DNA of 64,000 bases from Neovahlkampfia damariscottae (Eukaryota): NCBI GenBank assembly GCA_016618085.1, contig JABLTG010000031.1:1-64000 (forward strand), in the 5' to 3' direction. The notes beneath the pieces are model-generated. The model saw only the letters and a program-made list of their open reading frames with translations, searched no databases and was not told where the DNA came from. Below are positions 1-12,618 of this stretch, one piece after another. Numbering within the stretch: position 1 is the first letter of the stretch; each line of letters begins with the position of its first letter. Position numbers and translations under genes: made by a program.

Positions 1-570
1 TAAATGCAAATGAGAATCCAGAATCTTCAAAATACCCTTGGTTGTTCAATAGAAAATTGAAAAAAATACCACGAGATGCTTTAGATTATGCTATTCAGCA
101 ATATGTCTGTAATGTTCACAGTTCAACGGAAATGCTGAAAGAAAAACAAAAGAAAACAAACAAAAAAATCAAATTAGAAGCAAACATGAAAAAAAGAACT
201 GAAAAAATGTCTCAAAGTGTTGGAATACCAGTCAATGGTGGTAAACCAAGTATTAAATGGAATGAAGAAGGATTTTTCTTTTGGCCATCTTATAAACTTG
301 GAGCATTAAAAACTGCTCAAAAAAGAGAAATTAAAAGATTATCAAATGTAGTTGGTAAAGAATCAAGTGATAGAACTTGTATTTTAAAATATCAACATGG
401 AAGATGTTATATGATTATTCCAATATATTTCTGATGAATATACAAAATTTTATTGGAAATCCAAAAACTGCCAGTACTGCTGGCGACGGTCCTATCCCGA
501 AAGAAACTTTGATTTTAATGTCTGGTCTGATTAATCAGAATGAACGGAAAAGTCAGTTTTAAGATGGCGG
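1..570 (+). mobile_element. Truncated Fanzor/TnpB-like (IS200/605-type ORF B) gene remnant, 5' part beyond the window edge
   Basis: Frame 3 is open from nt 3 to 434: KYPWL..KKIPRDALDYAI...KKRTEKMSQSVGIP...FFWPSYKLG...DRTCILKYQHGRCYMIIP. This matches the pre-RuvC pattern of eukaryotic/viral Fanzors (WL..TP..IR..A / FRSRK..QSI.IP / YP..LG / DCRL...G.YYL.IP). It stops before an intact RuvC-I and has no introns. Confidence 0.6.
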
Positions 571-629
571 ATGAAGTTGAAGAAGAAAAAATTTGTTTTG
601 AATGTAGGTCAAAATAGAAATGTTTAAAT

Positions 630-1660
630 TTAAAAAAATAAACCTTTTTCTTCATTTTCTTCTTTATTTTCAATATTCTGTTCAATCATTTCAATTAAAT
701 TCAATCCAATCTTCTTTGCTGACTTTAAGAAGTTAATTTTTTCTTTATTTGCTTACTTGAATCATTTTTCTAAGTTCACTTGGGTTCAGTCCAGATGAAG
801 AACCACCTTTTTGAATGGAACAAATATCAGATTTTTTATTAATCGCAATAGTCAATTTTGTTGACATTACTAACTCTTCTTCAACAGTAGGATCAACTAT
901 AAATTCTTCTCCAATTTTTGCAAAAGTTATACATATTGGTATATTCTTAATTGGTAATTTTTCAAAATCTGAAGGATCATCACTAAAGTCAATTTCTGTC
1001 AATCCATTCTCCAAATTGATGACTTCAATTTTAGGTATATGACATGTTTGTAAAGCACTAAATGCACCAATAGCTAAAGCATCACTTAAATTACCATCAG
1101 AATCTAAAACAAGAGCATCCAAATAAAGTACCCAACATTGCTTTCCTTCAGTGATACAAAGTGATTTCCAATTGATACTATCACTTTTTTGTAAAATGTT
1201 TAACAATAAAGAACTTAAAGAAGCACTTAAACCTTCACCTCCTCGTCCAACAAATGCAGGATCTGCAGATGGTGAACTAATAAATAAAAAATTAAAAAAT
1301 TGTTTTTAAATTACCAGTCAACATGTACTAAAGCTGTAAAAAAAAATAAATTAATAATACCTTCTAAACGACCACAATCCGGAGATTCATTTGAAGGTTC
1401 GCCAATTTCTGCTTTAATTCCAATTAAAATATCAGTATCTGATAATTTTATACGAGAAGAACCTAATTATAAAATTAACGAAAAACAAAAATACCATTTG
1501 CTTGACTGATGACCTAAAATACTTTAAAAATATAAAATGCTCGAACACTTGTATTCAAAACGAAAGGTCGAAAGTCTAATCTTTTTCTTCCATCAGATCT
1601 TATATTTTCTTTTATTCCACCAACGATATATTCCTTTTCGCTTTTTCCAATTCTTATCAT
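630..1660 (-). CDS. RRP42: Exosome complex component RRP42 (RNase PH-like), multi-exon
   Basis: Spliced MIRIGKSEKEYIVGGIKENIRSDGRKRLDFRP...GRLEVHVDCSPSADPAFVGRGG...CWVLYLDALVLDSDGNL...VDPTVEEE; GT-AG introns such as 1277-1314 and 1328-1360. Confidence 0.92.
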
Positions 1661-1725
1661 TCACCAATAAAAAATTGTTTCCAACGAGACAATTCATTGG
1701 ACAAAGTTGCTTTTACCCTAAAACG

Positions 1726-2456
1726 ATGAAAACAACACAAAAACTTTACTTCAAAAAAAATTATAATTTACTAAAATCTATTCAACTTAAATATGATGGA
1801 GCTACAGAAAAAGTTAAAGTGGACCAACTTTTGTTGAGCGTAAAAAACTCTTTTTTTTAATTTTTCAAAAGAAACATCATGTTTTTAAACCTCTTGGATT
1901 TAGACGTGAAGATTTTTTATATAAAAAACTTCTTGGTTTAAAAGATGACTCTGGTGAAATTGTTAATGCAATTCCAGAAATTCCATTTAAAGCTATTGAC
2001 ACAGCTTTATTAAAAGATGGTAAAACTTATGAGTTATTAGTTCAAGGTAAAAAATAAACAAATCCCATCTGAATTCATTTTTTAGATTTTCATGATGTTG
2101 AAGTATCTCAAGTTTCTTTTGATGATAAGCAACACATCAGAAAATTATTTGATTTAATTGATAACAATGGTAATGGAGTGCTTACAGAAAGTGAAGTTGC
2201 TGTAGATTTCAAATTGCTGTTAAAAGCTTATTGTGCAAAAAAAATTGAACAATCAGATCTCGATCCTAAAATGAAAGAAGCTGCCTTGAAAGAAAATTCA
2301 AAATTTGTAACCACATTCATTGATAGTTGGATGATTGTTAAAGGATTTTCTATAGACAAAGGTTTAAAACTTGAACAGTTTTTAGAATTTGGCTGTAAAG
2401 TTATAAATTCTCATGAAAAAGTAATCAGGGGACTTTTACAGGATCAAACTGAATAG
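1726..2456 (+). CDS. EF-hand calcium-binding protein (2 introns)
   Basis: Canonical EF-hand loop LFDLIDNNGNGVLTESE after splicing; introns near 1840-1871 and 2047-2085. Confidence 0.7.
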
Positions 2457-2581
2457 ATGAGGAAAGTTATTCGAATAAATAATTCTCTTATTGGAACTTT
2501 TCCGATTTTAGTGAATTGCTTAAACCATCGTTAGAACTATTAATTTGATTCGAAGAATCGGAAAATTAACCAATTAAAAAA

Positions 2582-4779
2582 ATGTTTAGTATTATACCAA
2601 AGAAAACAGCAACAGTTCTGACGAAGAAGTTCAGATATTCAAAAGTACCAGGAGCACTTTCAGATATTGGAAAGAATGTGTTCAGTGAATCTGTTTTAAG
2701 AAATAGTGTTAAACCTGAGGTATATGAAGCATTTGTTGAAGCAAAAAGGACTGGAAAAGCATTAGAGAAGTCAATACGTAATGCTATTGCTACTTCTATG
2801 CAAAAATGGGCCATGGAAAGAGGTTGTGTGTAAGAATTTATTTTTTTTAATTTTCACAAGAACTTTTTCACATTGGTTTTCACCTATGAGAGGATTCAAC
2901 GGAGAAAAACATGATTCATTTATTGATTTAAATTATAGCACTGGTGATATTGTTGTTGATTTCAGCGGAACAAAATTATTTTGTGGTGAAACTGATGGAA
3001 GTTCTTTTCCAAATGGTGGACTGAGAGCAACTCATACTGCTGCTGCCTACACTGCTTGGGATATTTCTTCACCACCATTTATTAGAGATGACTGTTTATT
3101 TATTCCTTCTGGTTTTATTGCATGGACAGGACAGCCTTTGGATGTAAAAACACCTTTATTAAGGGCAAATGAAACACTCAGTGAACAAGGAGTACGTCTT
3201 TTGAAGAATTTAGGAGACAATGAAACCACTTCAGTTGTAAGCAACGTCGGATGGGAACAAGGTTCAAATTTTATTTGTTAATTATTTTTTTAAAGAATTT
3301 TTTGTAATTGATAGAGAAAGTTATGTGAAAAGACCTGATTTAGTTCACACAGGAAGAACACTAATTGGAGCTTCACCTTCATTAGGACAACAAACAGAAA
3401 AACATTATTTTGGAAAAATGAATTTAAGAGTACGTGATTATCTTAGAGATGTTCAAAAAGAATTATGGAGTTTAGGAATTTCACTTAATACATTACACAA
3501 CGAAGTAGCACCAGCTCAACATGAAATCTCACCAATTTTTTCACTTACAAACGTGGCTTCTGATCAAAACGTTTTGGCAATGGAAGTCTTAGAACAGGTT
3601 GCAATTAGACATGGTTTGATTTGTTTGATGCATGAAAAACCATTTGCAAATATTAATGGTTCAGGAAAACATAATAATTGGGGTTTAAACACTGACAAAG
3701 GTGAAAATTTATTTGTACCAGGAAAAACAAAAGAACAACAACAAAGATTTATGGTTATGGTTACAACATTAGCAAGAGCACTTGATGTACATGGTGATGT
3801 TATTAGAATGGGAATTGCTAACTCAGGAAATGATCACAGACTTGGTGCTCAAGAAGCTCCTCCTGCAATCATTTCATTGTACACAGGAACATCAATGGAA
3901 AAACATTTGAAACAAATTTTAAATGATGGACCTCTTGAAGGATATGGTTTACAAAGTGAAATATTAAACTTTGGAACAAAATCGATTTTGGAAACTGAAA
4001 AAAATATTGAAGATAGAAATAGAACAGCTCCATTTCCATTCTGTGGAAATAGATTCGAATTTAGAGCAGTGGGATCATTACAAAACATTGCATGGCCATT
4101 AACTTTGGTAAATGCTGCAATGACAGATTCTATGTCAGTAATGAGTGATTTAATTGAATCAGGAAAATCACCAAAAGATGCTGTCAAAGAGACGCTTTCA
4201 AAACATATGAGAGTTATTTTCAATGGGAATGGTTATTCATCTGAGTGGCCAATTGAAGCGAAAAAAAGAGGTTTATGGGATTTACCACAAACTATTGATG
4301 CTCTTGGTGCATTTGATTCAGAAAAAAATGCGAAATTATTTGAATCAACAAGAATCTTCTCAAAAGAAGAACTTTCAGCTAGAACTGAAGTTTTGTATGA
4401 AAATTACACAAAAGCAATTTTAACAGAAGTTGATTGCTTCTTAAATATGGTAACCAATGGTGTTTTAGCTGGATGTGCAAAAGATTTAGCTCAATGCCAA
4501 AATTCAAATTCTGAAACATTGAAAGCTATGTTTGTTGACAAAGATGCTCTTTATGCCAACCTTTATAAAGAAAACAAAAAACTAAAAGAGTTGTATCAAT
4601 CATTTCCAGAAGATGGAGACCATTCAACACAAGCAAAATACGCAGCTAATACTTTGAAAACTCAAATGGAAAAAACAAGAATCATTTGTGATAAAGTTGA
4701 AAAAGAATTACCTTCTGAATTCTATCCATTTCCAAAATATGAAAATATTCTTTATGATCACTACACAGAATCTGATTGA
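2582..4779 (+). CDS. glnN: Glutamine synthetase type III, probable mitochondrial presequence (2 introns)
   Basis: GSIII motifs HWFSPMRG..GEKHDSF, ETDGSSFPNGGLRATHTAAAYTAWD, HNEVAPAQHE, HEKPFANINGSGKHNNW, NDHRLGAQEAPPAIIS, DRNRTAPFPFCGNRFEFRAVG; N-terminus is basic and lacks acidic residues. Confidence 0.95.
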
Positions 4780-4856
4780 GAATAATAAAAAATTAATTTA
4801 TTTGGTTGAATAATTGGAAAATTTTTTTTATCCAATCATTGTTCGAAGCTACTCAA

Positions 4857-7800
4857 ATGGAAGAGTTTCGTTATGGATGCAAAAATTTTTTCTCTACAAA
4901 TTTAGAGGTCAAAAAAAAATCTGAAGAAATATTAAACAAATTCTTTTCTCAACAAAAACCGTATCAATTTTGCACGGAAGTTTTAGGTTTGAACGAATTT
5001 TTTTTAAGACTTTGAAGAACAATCCAAAAATGATAACGATGATTATACATGCTTTATGGCTTCGAATTTAATCAGAAAATCTGTAATTAGAGAATGGACG
5101 ATTTTAGATGATGAGTTAAAAACACAATTATGTTCCTTTATTTTGAAATATACAATGAAGAGGTAAGTTAATATTTTCTGAACAATTGAAAGTACAAAAA
5201 ATGAAACAATCAATCAATTATTAAGTTGTTATTCCATGATACAAAAAAGATCATGGTCAGAGAATGAAAAATTGAAAAAAGAATTTTTTCAAATTCTTCA
5301 ATCTTTATTGACATCAAATGAAAACGTAAATCTTATTTTTTTGACAATTTAGAAACTTTTTGTTATGAAATTATTATTTTCAATGATTTCTGAGTTTTCA
5401 AATACAAATTGCTCATTGATTGGGATGACATGGGAAGATCATAAAAAATCTTCAAAAATTTTTCAAACAGAATTACTTTCTCAGATGTATCAATATTCAA
5501 TGACTTTCTTATCTACATTTTTAAAAGAAGATCCAAAAAATGAAATTGAATTGAAAATGTGTGAAATATCATTGAATATTTTACAATCATTTCTAAATTG
5601 GGATTTCTCAACAACTATATTCATAAAAGATGGTTATGACAAAGAAAAAGATGATACTATTATATATGCCACATCAGATAAAAAATGGATCAAAATGTTA
5701 TCAGATATCAATACATTGAACCTGTTGATTCAAGTAAGAATTTTATTTTTTTTTTTACTCATCAGTTAAACAAAAAATTCATCACTTATCCAACAATCAC
5801 CGATTTGATCAGAAAATCTTTATATATTTTATCATCTTTACCTATTCAATACATTGATTCAACTCAAAATCAATTGATATATTTATCAACTTTTATGAAT
5901 GGCATTTTTCACTTGTACTCAAAGTAAGGTTTCTTTAATTTACAACAAAGTTCATTTGAGGTAAAAAGGGACTCATTTGATATGGAGATTTATGATTGTT
6001 CAAAAATAATGCTCAGATTAATTACAAATTATCATATTGATGCATTCTCAAAATTAGAGAATTTCAAGCAGATTTTAGAAACATTTTTATCATTATCTGT
6101 GAGTTTAATGAAAATTTCAGTGAAAGAATCAATTGGTGAATCATTGACAATTATTTTAGATACTTGGGTGGCATTGAGTTTGTTGTTTTCAATTCTAATA
6201 TTTAGTGCCACAACTTGAAGATAATTACAATCAAGAAGTTATGAAATTTTTAGAAGACTGTTGTTTCACATTATTTCAATCATATTTATCCATAAATGAC
6301 TATGATGAAGATTTAATGAATGAACAATTGGAATGTGTTGGTTATTTAGGGAGATATTGTTCATATCAATCTTTATCATTGTTAAATCAATTACTAGTAG
6401 AAAAGTTAAAAGTTTTATCAAATATTTCTTCAAATGTTTCATTGGATTCAACATGGGATGATTTAGAAACAATCTTCAATTTTTGTGGATACTTATTGTG
6501 TGATGATCCAACTTCAGAAGTTCCACTGATCCCAGAGCATTTTATTTTATTAACAATCAAAGACAAAACTGTCAACAATCCATTGATAGTTTTATTCAAT
6601 AATATTTTACAATACTCAGATTTCGAATCAAATTTACTAAAGTCTAAAAATTCATCAGTAAGTGATTCGTCTATTTTGACAAATGAAGGTTTTGAGTTCT
6701 TTGATTAGTGAAAAATTAATTTGGTTTTTTCGAAGATTTTCAAGAAGTTATTTGATTCCAAAAGAAGATGAATATTCAAATTTTAGTGAATTATTGTTAT
6801 CAAATTTTTCTAAAAATGGAAATGGCAAAAAATTGGCAGAATACTTCTTTACAAAAATCCAAATCAATTTGTACTTTTGGCAACACGAACCTGATTTAAT
6901 GAATCAAGTAAACCACAAAATATTTTAAATTTTTTTGATAAAGACAGTTGAATTTTTCAGAACTTTAGTTTCAAATAACTCTGTTATTTCTCATTTAGCG
7001 AATCTCAAAGAATGGGATGATTTTTTAATTGAAGATTCCAAAACATTTGGAACATTGAACCATACAAATTATGTTAAAGGGTAAAAAAAAAAAATATCAA
7101 TTTTGATTCAATTAGATGTATTACTGAATGTTTAACAAAAGGATCTTTTTACTTTGTCGAAATTGATTCTTATCAAAAAATTCAAGAAAATTATTCATCA
7201 AAAGTATTAATACCATTGACAGTAAGAATATTTTGTCTAAAATTAACATTTAAAGAAACAATTTGAGTCAATTTTACAAAATCAAAATTTTCAAAAAAAT
7301 TATCAAAAACCAGAAGTTTTGAATCAATTATCTTATTGCATTGAGGTAATGAAGTTTTGAATTCAATTAACCTATATAAAAGAAATACAGAGGAATTGCA
7401 AGAGCAACAGAAATCTCAAATGCAACTCTTATTTGTGAATTTTTTGAAAAGACAAAATTGTTTGAGAATTTAGTTCAACTTTCTCATTCATATCACAACC
7501 AAAATCAAATTTTATTTCAAATCTTTGAATTTTTCAAAGATTGTGCTGAATTTCAAGTAATTTCAAATTTTAAATTAATATTTATGAACAGATGTTTCAT
7601 TTGAATATGGAACAATCTTATTATCTTTATAATGGTTGTATTGGAGTGATGAAATCATTTTTGAAATATAACAAAGGAAGAATCACAAGTATCAAATATA
7701 AAGAAGATGCAGAAGATGAAAGTTATGAAGATTTATTAATACAAATCAATATATTGATCTCATTGATCCAAAAAGATTTTTTTTATTCTGGACATGATGA

Positions 7801-8522
7801 ATTTGATAAAAATTTACCAATGGTAATTTTAGGAGGTGTTGAAATTTTGTTACCATTGATCACCTTTGACCTGTTACAAGTTTGAAATTTCCATTATTTT
7901 AACACTTTATAGTTTCCAAAATTATGCTCTCAATATTTTATTTTAATCAATTCAATGTTTGAAAGTTATTCAGAAGAATTGAAAAGTTTATCCATTGATT
8001 TGTTTAAACAAATTATGCAATCTTTAGATTTCGGTGTAAAACAGTAAGAAATGATGCAATTCATCTGATTTTTCAAGTCATGATAAAGAAATTGTTAAAT
8101 ACAGTTTTGACACAATTTACAACATTTTAGATTTCCAAATTTCATCAAAAGAAGGATTTACCAATCAATTATTTTTTAAAGAATTATGTGCTCATTTCTT
8201 AAAAACTATCATTTTCATTTCATTTTATGAGAGGATACCAAATGAAGCAATCGAAAATGTTAGTTTCTGTTTATTTGGATTGATTGTTTATGATTCTGTA
8301 ATTTTATTTTTGTTTTTATTTTTTTAGTCACAATATCATAATGTTATCAAGAGTATTATTGATGAGATGAATGAAACTCAAATCAAAGAAAGACTAGTTT
8401 TGGGTTTTCAAATTTTAGAGGAGAATATGAATTTAAAATGGGACATGAGTTGTAAAGCTCAATTTACAAAAAATTTTAGAAAATTCTTATCTTTTGTTAG
8501 AGCTTTTATGATCAAACAATAA
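4857..8522 (+). CDS. XPO4: Exportin-4-like karyopherin-beta (many introns)
   Basis: N-terminal ..KPYQFCTEVLEQS..YTCFMASNLIRKSVIREW, LSSLISEKLIWFFRRFSRSYL, LLQFPKLCSQYF and C-terminal FTKNFRKFLSFVRAFM resemble exportin-4; HEAT-like helical sequence joined by short GT-AG introns. Confidence 0.8.
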
Positions 8523-8751
8523 ATCTTTTTCATCTTATTGGTTGACTTTCGTTGATAAAGATAAATTTGGAAGTGTCCAATTAGAATCTTTCGAATTTCG
8601 AAAGACGTTAGAACTGACTTTTTTCATTTCTTTAGTTATTTTGCATGTGGAAATTTGAAGAATGAAAAAAAGTGAAAAGAAAGTCAAAAAAAATCGACCA
8701 ATCATATTTTACTTTAACGTTTTTTCTTCCTCATCCACTAATTGCAAAACG

Positions 8752-11494
8752 ATGTCTTTTCTGTGGGGCGACTGGTGGGAATTCTTAGATGAAGAATCAG
8801 GTCGTAGTTATTATTTCAATGAAGCAACACAGGAATCAGTTTGGGTAAAACCTGTTGAACCTGTAAAAGAAAAACCAAAACCAACAGAAAAACCTGTACT
8901 TCCAAAAAGAGTTGAAACAAAAATTGAACCGAAAAAAGAAGAAGAACCAAAAGATTTAGAAAAAAAAAACTCTTTCAAGAGACCTGTTTCAAATAGTATT
9001 CTTGAAAAACAAAATACATTTGCAGAATTATTGGCAAAACAACAACAAATGTCACAAAAAAGTAATAATGAAAACAAAATAACATCACCAAAAAATAATC
9101 AAACACAAAGTGGAACTGGACAAAATAGAGTTTCTCAATCAATAGCTGAAAGACAAAAATCTATACACTCACAAAATTCACCTTTCAAACAACAAAATGA
9201 ACAAAACAGAACAAGTACTACAAGTGATGGAAATGGAGGAAAGGTTGATGTTTCAAAAAGAATTTCACAAGGTATACTTGATAGACAAAAATCAATTCAT
9301 TCACAAAATTCACCTTATTCTTCACCTTATACAAAACAAAAACCTATAGTTAGTAATGAAACTCGTACAAGTGATGCAGATGAACAAAAAAGTCCAGAGA
9401 AAAGTCCAGAACAAAAAGATGGATCAACTGGTAGAGCTAAAGTTGCTAAACTTTCGGTTTTACTTCAAAATCAAGGTCCTTTTGGAATGCCTGGTGGAAA
9501 ACCATGTTTGATTTTTTTTTTTTTTTCTTACTTTTTTTTTAAAGATAAAAAACCGAAAGAACAGGAAACGGATTCAGAAATTTCTTCAATTGTTTCACCA
9601 AAACAACAAACAAATTCTGATCAAATGTCAGTTCAAGTTGATCCAAATACAGGTAGAAAATCACCAAAGAGTTTGGGTGTAGTTCTTGACAAACCAAAAA
9701 CTATTTCACCACGAAAACAACAACAAAATGATCCTTCTTCAAATACTCAAAAAGATTCATCACAAATAACTCAAAAAGAAGCTCCAGGAGTCAAAAGAGG
9801 TAAGTTTAAAGATACTTTGTTAAATTGTTTCAAAAAAAAAAGAAAAAAAGAAAACATTAGGAAATCTTGGTAGAATGACTATGGGTCGTAATGGTTCAGC
9901 CATTGAAACAAAAACACCTTTAGTTTTTGAAATAAAAGAAGATGATCAATTCTCAAGAGATATTACGAAAAGACTTCAATCAACTATAAAATTTGATCAT
10001 GAAGGTGTTGATTCTGATTCAAGAAAGTCATCTGGTTCTTCACAAGGAACAGATTCAATATTTAATGAACAAGCAAAAAAAAGAAATTCAACTAAATCAG
10101 GTAAAAGACTAACATCCAATATATCGGATCAAGATTTATCCTTTGTTACAGAAACAACTTCAAATACATCAAGTCCAGCTACTAAAACACTTCCAAAAGG
10201 ATTCAAATATGATCCTAAACAAATGGGTAAAAGAGATAGTTTGTCAAATACAGACATGATACCTGTATTGAAAAATAAAGAATCAGATCATTCACAAGCT
10301 AGATGTATCATTAAAAATTCTGGTAAAAATACACTCATTACCTATGCCAAAGAGAAATTTCAAAAACAAAAATCAGGATTATTTGGAAAAGAAGTTAAAC
10401 CTGAAAAGATAGTACAATGGCAAAAACAACCTTTAAAATCAAGTTTACATTCTTTATCTGAAAATGATGAAAAAATATGTTTAGGTATTTATGAAGATTT
10501 ACAAAAAGTTATAATCTCTGTACGAACTGAATTTGGTATTCTTATTAAAGTATTGGATCAAATGTTAAGTAATTCAGCTATAAGAAATGAAATTATATTA
10601 TATGGATGTAAATTTATTAATAAAAATCCAGATCCAGATGCACAATTAAAATCTGTATTATTATTAACAGCAATGTTATCTACAGTTACACCAAAAGAAA
10701 TTGAATTAATTGAAGCTATAGACTCTTTTTTATCAACACTTGGTAGTTCAATTGAAGATAAAACTTTAAAGAAATGTATTCATTTTGCACGTGTTCGTTT
10801 TTCAAGATCATTATTTGTTGGTTCAAGAAAAACAGTTTCAAAAGAAAAATGTTTATCAACTATTTTTAAAGGTGAAATTCCATTACCTTTATATGGAGTT
10901 CCTTTAGAAGAATATTTTGAATGGCAAAATTCAAGACTTCCTGATTTTGAAGGTGTTTATATTTTAGACGTTTTATCAGAACATTTAATTCAAACTAAAG
11001 GAATTCATGTTGAAGGTATTTTTAGATTACCAGGTGATTCAGAAAAAATTGAAGATTTTAAAGATAATTTTGGAATGGGTAATTTTGTTTTGAAAGATGT
11101 TGGTATTTCAGAAACTCATGTTGTTGGTTCACTTTATAAATTATGGTTACGTGAATTAGCAGAACCATTAGTACCTTTACAATATTATACTTCATGTTTA
11201 AAAGCTGCAGGAGAAGATAATCAAGAAGAATGTGTTAATTTGTTATATCAATTCCCACCTCAAAATATTCATGTTATTGAATCTGTAATTAATTTCTTGG
11301 CTTGTATTTGCAATGAAGAATTTTTTAACAAAACAAAAATGAATGTTGAAAATATTTCAGTTGTATTTGCTCCAAATATTATTAGAAATCCATCAATCAC
11401 AGATCCAAGAATGATGATGATGAACTCTTCACTTGAATCAAAATTTATCAAAATTCTCATTATTTATGCACAAAGTTTGTTTGATGAAAATTAA
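8752..11494 (+). CDS. WW - low complexity - MyTH4 - RhoGAP protein (ARHGAP39-like)
   Basis: WW domain WWEFLDEESGRSYYFNEATQESVWVKP; MyTH4-like WQKQPLKSSL...IRNEIILYGCKF; RhoGAP EGIFRLPG, SLYKLWLRELAEPLVP, TKMNVENISVVFAPNII; introns near 9506-9544 and 9800-9860. Confidence 0.88.
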
Positions 11495-11511
11495 TAAATA
11501 GTTTACTTATT

Positions 11512-12430
11512 TCAATTTGGTATCTTCCAATCAATTTCTTCAATTCCATTTTTTGAAAGATAAGCATTACATTCACTAAAACATTTGCATCCTTGAAATT
11601 TATTTCCAGCTAATGGACTTGGGTGTGCTGTTTTGATAACTTTATGATTCTTTTCATTGATTACTTTTCCTTTTTTATGTGCAAATCCACCCCATAAAAT
11701 AAAGACAACTATCCAATTAGATGTTAATGTGAAAAAAATGATCACTTGGTTGTTCTTGTTTATTGAGTACTTTGATAATTTCATCAGTAAATGTTAACCA
11801 TCCAAATTTTTGATGACTGTTAGCTTTTCCTTTACGAACAGTCAATGTAGCATTTAATAATAAAACACCTTGATCACACCATGATTCTAGTGAATGTTTA
11901 ATTATTGTGTTTTTATTGGTTTACCTAAAAATCCATGGTTAGGTTTTTTAAAACCTTCAATATCATTTTCAAGTTCTTTGTAGATGTTTTTAAGTGAAGG
12001 TGGAATTGTTACTCCTTTTTTAACAGAAAATGATAATCCATGACCTTGACCTGTAATTGGAAAAAAATTTCAAAAATTAAAATTATCTAAAACCTGGATT
12101 AAAATAAGGATCTTGTCCTAAAATAACAACTTTTACTTTATCTAAAGGACATTGATTTAAACAAGCGAATGTTTCTTCAATTGGTGGATAAATGGTTTCT
12201 CCTTTTGATTCTTCTTGTTCTAATTGTGAAACTAAACTTTTAAAGTATGACTTTGAAAATTCTTTTTCAAGAACTGACCTCCAAGATGTTTCTGTTAAAT
12301 GGTCTGAAACATTTGTGTATTGGAGTGTTTTTATTTTTTTATTTTTTGGTTCTTCTTGGATTTCTTCTTTTTTTTCTGGTTTTGTTTCCTCAACTTTTCT
12401 TTTTTTTGTCACCTTCAAGTATTTCTCCAT
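11512..12430 (-). CDS. UNG: Uracil-DNA glycosylase family 1 (3 introns)
   Basis: [53 protein letters not shown]. Confidence 0.95.
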
Positions 12431-12618
12431 TTTTTGTTGTTTTTGTGTGAATCAATTTGATTGGGTAGTTAAATCAAATTTTAAAAAGAAATTTGTACCT
12501 CATCAAAACTTGTTGAACAAAACAGAATATTAAATATCAGTTGGTTGGAAGGTTCATTTTTCAAACATTCAAATGATAAATGATGTGATGACATAGAATT
12601 TATTCATTTTGATGAAAA

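Noticed and set aside
3849..4223. Antisense ORFs over conserved genes (also 815-1042, 8811-9077, 12192-12533 and others)
   Set aside because: Shadow ORFs produced by codon bias, with no motifs.
2582..4779. Bacterial contamination for GSIII, AlkB, subtilisin or GlcNAc kinase
   Set aside because: All contain spliceosomal introns and are interleaved with core eukaryotic genes.
9120..9330. Internal duplication (RVSQSIAERQKSIHSQNSP / RISQGILDRQKSIHSQNSP)
   Set aside because: Real, but a two-copy peptide repeat in a low-complexity linker with no sign of mobility.
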